DNA of 64,000 bases from an uncultured Anaerolineales bacterium (GTDB lineage: Bacteria > Chloroflexota > Anaerolineae > UBA7937 > B3-Chlor): assembly GCA_964433755.1 (NCBI GenBank), contig CAYSSR010000002.1:81419-145418 (forward strand), read 5' to 3'. The translations under genes and the position numbers were made by a program. Below the pieces are notes generated by a model. It made no database searches. It worked only from the letters and a program-made list of their open reading frames with translations, and had not been told where the DNA came from. Positions 36,750-44,726 of the stretch are shown piece by piece (position 1 is the first letter of the stretch; the number at the start of each line of letters is the position of its first letter).

Positions 36750-37704
36750 GCTTCTCCCACCACTGGCGATTCTCGGCATACCAGCACACGGTCCCCTCGA
36801 GGGCCTCTGCGAAGGCATGGCGCGGCCGCCATCCCAGCTTGTGGATCTTGCTCGAATCGAGGGAATAGCGCCGATCGTGCCCCGGTCGATCCTCCACGAA
36901 GTGGATGAGGCTCTTCGGCTTGCCCGTCTTCTCCAGGATGGCCTCCGTGAGCTCGAGGTTCGTCAGCTCGCAGTCGCCGCCGACGTTGTAGACCTCGCCA
37001 TCCTGGCCCTCGTGCAGCATCAGATCGATAGCTTCACAATGGTCCAGAACGTACAACCAGTCCCGGACGTTCAGTCCGTCTCCGTAGAGCGGCAGCGGCT
37101 GGTCGTCCAGCGCGTTGGTGACGAAGAGGGGAATCACCTTCTCGGGATACTGGCGGGGACCGAAGTTGTTGGAGCCGCGCGTGATCACCACAGGGACTCC
37201 GTAGGTCACGTGATAGGCACGACACAGAAGGTCACCCCCGGCCTTGCTGGCCGAATAGGGACTATTGGGAAGCAGGTTGTCCGTCTCCACAGACGACCCT
37301 TCGGTGACGCTTCCGTAGACCTCGTCCGTAGACACGTGGAGCATTCTCTGTAGTCCGAACTTCTTCACCGCCTCCAGCAACACGTGTGTGCCGTACACGT
37401 CCGTCTGGATGAAGCTCCCCGCCTCGAGAATGCTGCGGTCCACGTGTGTCTCGGCCGCGAAGTTGACTATGGCTTCGACCTTGTGTTCCTGAACGACTCT
37501 GTCGACCAGCTCCATGTCGCAGATGTCGCCATGGACGAAGCTGTACCTCCGGTCATCCGCCACGTCGCGGAGATTATCCAGATTGCCGGCGTAGGTGAGC
37601 TTGTCCAGCACGACGACGTCGACGTCTGAGTACTTCTCCAGAATGTGATGCACGAAGTTGCTGCCGATGAAACCAGCGCCGCCCGTGATCAACAGGCTCT
37701 TCAA
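36679..37704 (-). CDS. rfbB: dTDP-glucose 4,6-dehydratase
   Basis: LLITGGAGFIGSNF, YAGNL, STDEVYG, PYSASKA, and NVRDWLYV. Confidence 0.93.
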   Translation of the reverse strand: MKSLLITGGAGFIGSNFVHHILEKYSDVDVVVLDKLTYAGNLDNLRDVADDRRYSFVHGDICDMELVDRVVQEHKVEAIVNFAAETHVDRSILEAGSFIQTDVYGTHVLLEAVKKFGLQRMLHVSTDEVYGSVTEGSSVETDNLLPNSPYSASKAGGDLLCRAYHVTYGVPVVITRGSNNFGPRQYPEKVIPLFVTNALDDQPLPLYGDGLNVRDWLYVLDHCEAIDLMLHEGQDGEVYNVGGDCELTNLELTEAILEKTGKPKSLIHFVEDRPGHDRRYSLDSSKIHKLGWRPRHAFAEALEGTVCWYAENRQWWEKLKTAEYRSYYQKQYGTRGVPSDS

Positions 37705-37740
37705 GATCCAGAACCTCCCTCGAGTGAGAACCGTGCGGGG

Positions 37741-37992
37741 CTACAGCTTGGTGCCCCGGCGAGTGTAGGCCTCCCTCATCATGTCCCTCACGTCCTGCAC
37801 GGTCAACAAGTACGTCTCGGTCTTCTTCTCGCCCCGAGCCCCGCCTGTGCTGGACTTACCTTGCAGGATCAGGCCATCCTCCGTTTCGATGATCCGGACA
37901 TCCGTGAAGCCGTGCTCGTCGATATAGTGGCCGATCGTCCTTAGGACATCCTGGTAGTCTGTCTTGAGCATGCCCTGGAAGAGCTTTTGCAT
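37741..37992 (-). CDS. Small protein of unknown function (83 aa), paralog of 38025..38252
   Basis: Shares Y..xL.xIG....(x)D(V/I).I(I/L)E.E.G(L/I)(I/V)LQG ... D(V/L)..M(M/I)RE with its neighbour. Confidence 0.45.
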   Translation of the reverse strand: MQKLFQGMLKTDYQDVLRTIGHYIDEHGFTDVRIIETEDGLILQGKSSTGGARGEKKTETYLLTVQDVRDMMREAYTRRGTKL

Positions 37993-38024
37993 CTATCCTA
38001 CCTCTTCAAGCCGGTGGACTCTCC

Positions 38025-38252
38025 TCACAGCTCGCGTATCATCAGCTCCAGGTCGTCGTGGCTCAGCACCTTGGTTCTCGAGACCAGATTGAAGGCGTCG
38101 CGTGTGCTCAGAAGGGCTCGCCCCTGTAGCACTATGCCTCCCTCAACCTCCAAGATGCAGATGTCGCGCAGCCTCTGCTTCTCCGCAAGGCGACCTATGG
38201 CTTGGAGGGCCCGTTCGTAGTTGAGGTTCTTGGCCCCTGGTGGGCTCGCCAT
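38025..38252 (-). CDS. Small protein of unknown function (75 aa), paralog of 37741..37992
   Basis: ATG 38252 lies one nt after the radical SAM stop codon, with GGGAGGGAG upstream. Confidence 0.45.
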   Translation of the reverse strand: MASPPGAKNLNYERALQAIGRLAEKQRLRDICILEVEGGIVLQGRALLSTRDAFNLVSRTKVLSHDDLELMIREL

Positions 38253-38253
38253 G

Positions 38254-39657
38254 TTACTCCCTCCCTCCAGATGAGGCACGCACCATCCTGCCTAGTTTGG
38301 AGATCGCCTTGCGGGGCGACGCATAGCGACCCAGGATGTACCTCGTCTGGCGACTGACTCCATTACGCAGCTTTCTTCGCTGTGACTCCTCCAGAGCCCA
38401 CCGCAGATACTCCGGATCGTGACCTTTGATCTTGGGCTCCGTCGGGTTTCGGCTGTAGCCGTCGTGGTCCGTGACCAGCGACAGACCGTGTTCCATGCAG
38501 TAGTCGTACAGATCGTTGCCTGGATAGGGAGTGTAGTAGGCGGGGCTATAGTAGTCGGGATCGATCTCCTTCAACATGCTGATCGTCTCTTTGATCTCAT
38601 CTTCGGTCTCTGTGGGCAAGCCCAGCATGTAGTTGGCCCATATCCGAATGCCATACTTCCGGCAGATTCGCGCCGCCTCCAGGTTCTTCGCTCTGGTGGT
38701 GCCCTTGCGGATGAATCTGAGGACGCGATCGCTCCCGCTCTCGAAGCCCAGGAAGAGACCAGCCAGGCCGACCTCCGCCATGCGCCTGATCATGTCCTCG
38801 TGCTTCACCACGTGATCGACACGCGCCTGGCACCAGAACCTCTGTCTGAAGCCCTCAGCCTCGTAGCGATCACAGAACTCGGTCACCCAGGGTCGATCCT
38901 CGGTGAGACAATCATCGTGGATCATCAGCGTCTTGAAGTGATACTTCTCGCGCAGCTCCTTCAACTCGCCGATCACGTGTGAGACACTCCTTCGCCTCAC
39001 ACCTTTGCCGAAGAGGATGTCCTCGCCAGGCTTGCAGAAGCTACAATTGTAGCGGCACCCTCGCCCAGCGATCACCGTCACGAAGGGCGGCAACGTCTCC
39101 TCGGATAGTGGGGCCTCCGGGGAATCATAGTCGTAGCCAGCCTTCCGCCACTCGTTGAGGTAGATGTCTCTGTCCGCGTACGGTAGCTGATCGAGATCCG
39201 GCCTCTCCCCCTGGATCACCCTTTCCACCTGCTCTCCGCGCTCGAACTTGCGGAGCATCTCCACGAAGGTGATCTCACCCTCTCCCAAGACCACGTGATC
39301 CACGAGAGGATTGCTGAGCACTTCATCGGGAGAGAGAGTGGGGTGAGGTCCACCGACGACAACTATCGTCTCGGGACTGACTTCCTTCAGCAGCTCGATG
39401 CCCCTCATGGCAGGATTGAAGTCCACACTGAGCATCCCGAACCCTGCCACCTCTGGTGCCCGGCTGCGCAACTCCTCGCGATAGTGGTCCCAGTCCCGCA
39501 GCGCCCTGCGGTCCACCAGGTTCACTTCGTTTCCGGCGGCCTTGGAACAAGCCGAGAGCAAAGCCAGTCCATGTCCGATCCAGCCTCCGGACATGCCCTT
39601 CCCGGCGCTCTGGAAGCCGTCTAGGCCACCCCCGCTACTCACCAGTGTGACTTTCAC
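38254..39657 (-). CDS. B12-binding-domain radical SAM enzyme (class B-like)
   Basis: N-terminal cobalamin-binding-like Rossmann region (VVVGGPHPT), radical SAM cluster GRGCRYNCSFC, and GFESGS. Confidence 0.85.
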   Translation of the reverse strand: MKVTLVSSGGGLDGFQSAGKGMSGGWIGHGLALLSACSKAAGNEVNLVDRRALRDWDHYREELRSRAPEVAGFGMLSVDFNPAMRGIELLKEVSPETIVVVGGPHPTLSPDEVLSNPLVDHVVLGEGEITFVEMLRKFERGEQVERVIQGERPDLDQLPYADRDIYLNEWRKAGYDYDSPEAPLSEETLPPFVTVIAGRGCRYNCSFCKPGEDILFGKGVRRRSVSHVIGELKELREKYHFKTLMIHDDCLTEDRPWVTEFCDRYEAEGFRQRFWCQARVDHVVKHEDMIRRMAEVGLAGLFLGFESGSDRVLRFIRKGTTRAKNLEAARICRKYGIRIWANYMLGLPTETEDEIKETISMLKEIDPDYYSPAYYTPYPGNDLYDYCMEHGLSLVTDHDGYSRNPTEPKIKGHDPEYLRWALEESQRRKLRNGVSRQTRYILGRYASPRKAISKLGRMVRASSGGRE

Positions 39658-39754
39658 CAGGCTCGCTCTTCCTTCGCGTTTGATGCGTCCACTACTCGCC
39701 CGATTGGGTCTCCGCTATGCCCCGGCATAGAGTGTGCTGCTGGCCCACAGCGCG

Positions 39755-40819
39755 TCATAGGATCCCGATTTGGCTGTTGTCACCTATGGTCATCCTGTAG
39801 GCCTTTGGCCTGAGCGGAGAGCGGCAGATCTCGACGTTTCGGCCGATGACGCTATCTTCGATACGAGCCCCGATGTTCGTGATGCGGGAGTTCTCCAGGA
39901 CGATGCAGTGCTCTATCTCGGTGTTCTCGATGAGCACGTCGTGGTAGATGGCCGTGTACGGTCCGATGTAGGCATCGACGACGCGGCTGTTCTCTCCGAT
40001 GATCATCGGCCCCCGGAGGGTGCTGTTGATGATCTGCGCGCCCTTCTCGATAGTGATACGCCCCGATAGGCTAGATTCCTCATCTACAGTGCCCAGGTTC
40101 CTGGGCTCCATGGTCTCCAGCAGCAGCCGGTTGCAGTCCAGCATGTCTCCCGGCTTGCCCGTGTCGATCCACCAGCCCTCGTGGATGTAGGGATAGACCT
40201 TGAAGTCGTGATCCACCAGGAACTGGATGGCATCCGTGATCTCCAGTTCACCCCTGAACGAAGGCTCGATGCTCTTGGCCGCCTCCAGGATGGTCTGGTC
40301 AAACATGTAGATGCCGACCAGTGCCAGATCGCTGGGCGGGTCCTTAGGCTTCTCGATCAGCCTGACAACCTGGCCGTTCCTCAGCTCCGCCACGCCGAAA
40401 TGCTGAGGGTCCGCGACCTTCGTGAGGACGATCTGCGAGTTCCAGTCGCTCTCCGCAAACTGCCGCACCAGATTGGTGATCCCTCCCTCCAACACGTTGT
40501 CTCCCAGGAACATCACGAACCTGTCGTCTGCCAGGAACTCCTCTGAGATGAGCACTGCGTGAGCCAGGCCCAGCGGAGCTTCCTGTTCGATGTAGGTGAT
40601 GGACGCCCCCCACTTGGAGCCGTCGCCCACCGCCTCCATGATCTCTGCTGCCGTGTCTCCTACCACGATGCCGATGTCCGTGATGCCCGCCTCCACGATG
40701 GCATCTACCGCGCGAAACAGCACCGGCCTGTTGGCCACAGGGACGAGCTGCTTGGCGCTGGTATAGGTGATGGGGTACAGGCGAGTGCCCTTGCCCCCGC
40801 TGAGGATCAATGCCTTCAT
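39755..40819 (-). CDS. rfbA: Glucose-1-phosphate thymidylyltransferase, long form with C-terminal beta-helix
   Basis: MKALILSGGKGTRLYPITYTSAKQLVPVANRPVL, followed by a hexapeptide-repeat C-terminus. Confidence 0.85.
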   Translation of the reverse strand: MKALILSGGKGTRLYPITYTSAKQLVPVANRPVLFRAVDAIVEAGITDIGIVVGDTAAEIMEAVGDGSKWGASITYIEQEAPLGLAHAVLISEEFLADDRFVMFLGDNVLEGGITNLVRQFAESDWNSQIVLTKVADPQHFGVAELRNGQVVRLIEKPKDPPSDLALVGIYMFDQTILEAAKSIEPSFRGELEITDAIQFLVDHDFKVYPYIHEGWWIDTGKPGDMLDCNRLLLETMEPRNLGTVDEESSLSGRITIEKGAQIINSTLRGPMIIGENSRVVDAYIGPYTAIYHDVLIENTEIEHCIVLENSRITNIGARIEDSVIGRNVEICRSPLRPKAYRMTIGDNSQIGIL

Positions 40820-40842
40820 CGCTCCCCCGTTGTCTTCCGCCC

Positions 40843-41532
40843 TCAGTGACCCTTCTTCTCAGCGTAGTAGCTGTAGTAGCTGGTATCCATCTTCACGTTG
40901 GTGAGTACCGCCCCTACGAGATGAGCGCTGACTTTCTCGAGCAGAGCCTTGGCCTTCTGCGCGTGGTCCCTCTTGGTGCCGCCCGCTTTCACGATGAGCA
41001 GCACTCCATCGACTCGGGAAGCCAGAACCGCTGCATCGGTCACTGCGATGACGGGCGGCGCGTCGAACAGGACGATGTCGGCTCGTTCGGACAGCTGGGA
41101 TATGATCTCCTGCATGCGACGTGAGCCCACCAACTCGGAGGGGTTCGGAGGGAGGGGGCCACTCGTTAACAACAAGAGGCCCGGTACCCCTGTCTCCAGC
41201 AAGGGTGGCTGGCTCATCGCCTTCTCGTCCACGACCATCGTGGTCAGACCCACATCGTTGCTCTGGCCAAAGATCTCGTGTTGTGAGGGCCGCCTCAGGT
41301 CGCAATCCACCAGAATGACCTGCTTTTCAGCTTGCGCCAGAGTGACCGCCAGATTGGCCAGGGTGGTTGACTTCCCCTCCTCGGGCCCAGGAGACGTGGC
41401 CACCAGAGTCTTGAGCGGCTTGTCCAAGCTCGAGAACTCAAGGTTAGTCCGCAACGTGCGATACGCCTCGCTGACAGGAGACCGAGGCGTCGTGACCGAG
41501 ACCAGACTACTCGAGCGATCATCTAGGACCAT
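40843..41532 (-). CDS. CpsD/CapB-family bacterial tyrosine (BY) kinase
   Basis: SPVSEAYRTLRTNLEF, Walker A SPGPEEGKSTT, and ILVDCDLRRP. Confidence 0.85.
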   Translation of the reverse strand: MVLDDRSSSLVSVTTPRSPVSEAYRTLRTNLEFSSLDKPLKTLVATSPGPEEGKSTTLANLAVTLAQAEKQVILVDCDLRRPSQHEIFGQSNDVGLTTMVVDEKAMSQPPLLETGVPGLLLLTSGPLPPNPSELVGSRRMQEIISQLSERADIVLFDAPPVIAVTDAAVLASRVDGVLLIVKAGGTKRDHAQKAKALLEKVSAHLVGAVLTNVKMDTSYYSYYAEKKGH

Positions 41533-41663
41533 GACTTCTATCCTCCACTGTACGTGCGCGGTAGCTGATTATATAGCCCCGCCTACGTCGCTGCAAACAG
41601 GTGCTCAGGAAAACCACCACCAGGAGAGTGCCTGGCCGGCTATCTCGACCAGGGTCAGGCAGA

Positions 41664-42359
41664 TCAGCCGCCCCTGGCACCCGACCCTCCCGCACTATCG
41701 CCAGAGCTCATGGTGGGGATGGAGCCCAGGACTGGCACGTCCACGAAGCGCTCCACGTCGTCGCTGGAGCGCAGCACATCCGACTGTAGATACTCAAGAC
41801 CGAAAGCGAGCAGCAGGCCAACCAGGAGACCTAGCACTCCTCCAGCCAGAGCAAGAGTCTTGGTCTTGGGCCAGTGCACCCACCCATACCTGGCATCCTC
41901 CAGGATGAGAATGGTGACTCTGTCCTCACGGTCGATGTCCAGAATCTGAGCCGCGTGATAGGCAACGTAGTCCTGCGCAAAGGCGCTTGCTATCGCGGCC
42001 GCTTCCTCAGGATTGGCCGCATCGGCGTCGATTTGGATCAGGAAGTCCTCCGCTATCGGCGCTACAGTGACTCTGCCCAGCAGCTTGTCGGTGCTTACGT
42101 CAAGTTGCAGCTCGTCGATCACCTGCTGAGCCATGGAAGTCGTGTGAATCTGGTTGGCGAACTGTCGGAGCAACTGCTCCGCAGCGAGGGTCAACCCATA
42201 GTCAAACCGTGCCGGGATCACCTGAAGCACGGCGGATGAGCGATAGGTCGGCGCCCGTACCTCGCTGAAGATCACCGCGCTGGCCACCGTCACTACGAAG
42301 GTCAGTGCAATGATCCACCACTTCCCGACCAACACTCTCAGGTACTGCTTCAATTCCAT
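41664..42359 (-). CDS. Wzz-type polysaccharide chain-length determinant / BY-kinase modulator
   Basis: MELKQYLRVLVGKWWIIAL.. N-terminal TM helix, Wzz-like motif PTYRSSAVLQV, and a second TM helix near the C-terminus. Confidence 0.75.
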   Translation of the reverse strand: MELKQYLRVLVGKWWIIALTFVVTVASAVIFSEVRAPTYRSSAVLQVIPARFDYGLTLAAEQLLRQFANQIHTTSMAQQVIDELQLDVSTDKLLGRVTVAPIAEDFLIQIDADAANPEEAAAIASAFAQDYVAYHAAQILDIDREDRVTILILEDARYGWVHWPKTKTLALAGGVLGLLVGLLLAFGLEYLQSDVLRSSDDVERFVDVPVLGSIPTMSSGDSAGGSGARGG

Positions 42360-42430
42360 GCTCGCCTCCTGGCGAAAGGATGGGGCTGGCTCGTTGAGCG
42401 GCCCTCGGGGGGCCGATGATCCATCGCGCT

Positions 42431-42459
42431 ATTCTACCATAACTGTCTCCCCGCAGCAA
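42431..42459 (-). promoter_or_regulatory. Putative promoter of the Wzz...rfbB operon (-35 TTGCTG, 17 nt, extended -10 TGgTAGAAT)
   Basis: Minus-strand TTGCTG at 42459-42454 and TAGAAT at 42436-42431. AGGAGG precedes ATG 42359. Confidence 0.5.
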
Positions 42460-42793
42460 AACTCGCACCCAAGAGGAGTCTGGAGAAACCGGCGTCAAGA
42501 CCGTCATCAGTGCTTCGATAACCTGCCTCAACGGCGGAGGTTCAGCTCCTGCCCAGTTGACCGGCGAACCGCCCGTCCTGGGGCGTCTCTTAGACCCGCC
42601 TCTACGTCCCCGCTTCCCATGCAAGGCCTGTCTCTGTCCAACTCATCCAAGCCCTGCGCACAAGGAGACACCACAAACATTGGTTCTGGAAGGACGCCCG
42701 ACCGCGTCGCCGACCAGGCGCCTGTCACCTCATCCACGCTCGCTCGGACGTCGATCTGAGGCCCGTGTCGATGCCCCACAGCCCCCCATACAG

Positions 42794-42822
42794 TTGACAA
42801 TATGGCCACTCGTGCGTACAAT
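42794..42822 (+). promoter_or_regulatory. Putative uvrC promoter (-35 TTGACA, 17 nt, -10 TACAAT)
   Basis: TTGACA at 42794-42799 and TACAAT at 42817-42822. Confidence 0.5.
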
Positions 42823-42884
42823 TGTGTATAGAATGTGTGTTCGTGTCGCCTGACAGTGCCGCAAGGGCACCAGGGCAAACGCAG

Positions 42885-44714
42885 ATGACCATCCCCAACG
42901 TCAAGGAAACACTCAGCTCCATACCCGCGCGGCCGGGCGTGTACTTGATGAAAGGAGAGACCGACGAAGTCCTCTACGTCGGCAAGGCGGTCAACCTCCA
43001 GAATCGGGTACGCTCCTACTTCCACGCCTCCGCTGCCCACGCTCCCAAGGTCCAGCGCCTCGTAGAGGGCGCGGCCGGTTTGGACTTCTTCGTTACCGAC
43101 TCAGAACTGGAAGCTCTCATCCTCGAGTGCAACCTCATCAAGAAACATCGGCCTCGCTACAACGTTCGCCTGAAGGACGACAAACGCTACCCGTACATCA
43201 AGATCACCTGGCAGGAAGACTATCCGCGCGTCCGGGTAGTGCGGAGGATGCAGAGCGACGGCGCCCGATACTTCGGTCCCTATGCTTCCACCTCCGCCAT
43301 GCGCCAGACCCTCGACCTGTTGCGGCGCATCTTCCCCTACCTGACCTGCAACCGGACGATAACGGGAACGGACGAACGGGCGTGCCTGTACTACGATATC
43401 AAGCGGTGCCTGGGGCCTTGCATCGGAGCGATCTCCAAAGAAGACTATCGAGACATGATGGACCAGGTCTGTCTCTTCCTGCAAGGCAAGAGTGGGGAGA
43501 TCGTGGATTCGTTGCGGCAGCGTATGGAGTCCGCCGCCGAGAGTATGGACTTCGAAAGCGCAGCGACCCTGAGAGACCAGCTCAATGCCGTGGAGCGAGT
43601 GATCGAGCAACAGAGGGTAGTCTCCGGGTCACAGGTGGATCAGGACGCGGTCGCCTTCGCCCAGCAGGACGGTGAGGTCTGCGTCCAGGTGTTCTTCGTG
43701 CGCGGAGGCAAGCTGGTGGGCCACGAGCACTTCCTGATGGAAGGGGGAGATGGTGTCGAGGCGGAGGAGATCATGGCCTCCTTCCTCAAGCAGTTCTACG
43801 ACCACGCCGCGCTGGTTCCTTCCGAGATTCTGCTGCAACAGCAAGTCGAGGATGGCGAGACCATCGCACACTGGCTGGCGGACAAGCGAGGCTCGAAGGT
43901 CACCCTGCGCACGCCACGCCGTGGACAGAAGCGCAAGCTGCTGCAAATGGTGGAGGAGAATGCCCGCGAGACTCTCAGTCACCTGATGGCGGTCGAGCAG
44001 GCCGAGAAGGACAAGAGTCTGGCGGCCTTGGCTGACCTCCAAGATCGGCTCGGGCTCGACGCTCCACCGATGCGCATAGAGGCGTACGACATCTCCAACA
44101 TCCAGGGTGTCGCGGCAACGGGAAGCATGGTCGTGTTCCTGGAGGGCTTGCCCGACAAGAGTGAGTATCGTCGCTTCAAGATACGGGCCATCCAGCGGCC
44201 CGACGACTACGCCATGATGGACGAGGTCCTGAGACGCCGTTTCGCCAGAGCCAGTGCGCCAGACGCGAGCGCATCAGGGTCATGGGCACAGCTCCCAGAC
44301 CTTCTCGTCGTCGACGGGGGCAAGGGCCAGTTGAACGTCGCTCTGGAGGTACTAGCGGGACACAAGCTGGACGACATACCCGCGGTCGGTCTGGCCAAGG
44401 CCCGAGAAGAGGTCTTCAAGGCAGGGCAGTCCAAGCCCGCCATACTCCCCCTGGACTCTCCCGGCCTCCAGCTCTTGCAGCGTGTCCGCGACGAGGCTCA
44501 CCGCTTCGCCATCAGCTACCACCAGGGCCTGCGACGACGAGAGAACCTGAGTTCAGTGCTCGAGGAGATCCCGGGCATCGGAGCCAAGCGCAGACGCGCC
44601 CTCTTGAAACGATTCGGCTCCCTGGAGGGCATCCGCGAGGCCAGCCTCGACGATCTATCCTCCGTAGATGGCATGAACAGGCTTCTCGCCAGCAGAGTAC
44701 GAGAATCCCTCTAG
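42885..44714 (+). CDS. uvrC: Excinuclease ABC subunit C
   Basis: GIY-YIG region PGVYLMKGETDEVLYVGKAVNLQNRVRSYF, UVR domain, endonuclease V-like domain, and a C-terminal (HhH)2. Confidence 0.95.
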   Translation: MTIPNVKETLSSIPARPGVYLMKGETDEVLYVGKAVNLQNRVRSYFHASAAHAPKVQRLVEGAAGLDFFVTDSELEALILECNLIKKHRPRYNVRLKDDKRYPYIKITWQEDYPRVRVVRRMQSDGARYFGPYASTSAMRQTLDLLRRIFPYLTCNRTITGTDERACLYYDIKRCLGPCIGAISKEDYRDMMDQVCLFLQGKSGEIVDSLRQRMESAAESMDFESAATLRDQLNAVERVIEQQRVVSGSQVDQDAVAFAQQDGEVCVQVFFVRGGKLVGHEHFLMEGGDGVEAEEIMASFLKQFYDHAALVPSEILLQQQVEDGETIAHWLADKRGSKVTLRTPRRGQKRKLLQMVEENARETLSHLMAVEQAEKDKSLAALADLQDRLGLDAPPMRIEAYDISNIQGVAATGSMVVFLEGLPDKSEYRRFKIRAIQRPDDYAMMDEVLRRRFARASAPDASASGSWAQLPDLLVVDGGKGQLNVALEVLAGHKLDDIPAVGLAKAREEVFKAGQSKPAILPLDSPGLQLLQRVRDEAHRFAISYHQGLRRRENLSSVLEEIPGIGAKRRRALLKRFGSLEGIREASLDDLSSVDGMNRLLASRVRESL

Positions 44715-44726
44715 GTGAGGGGGGCC

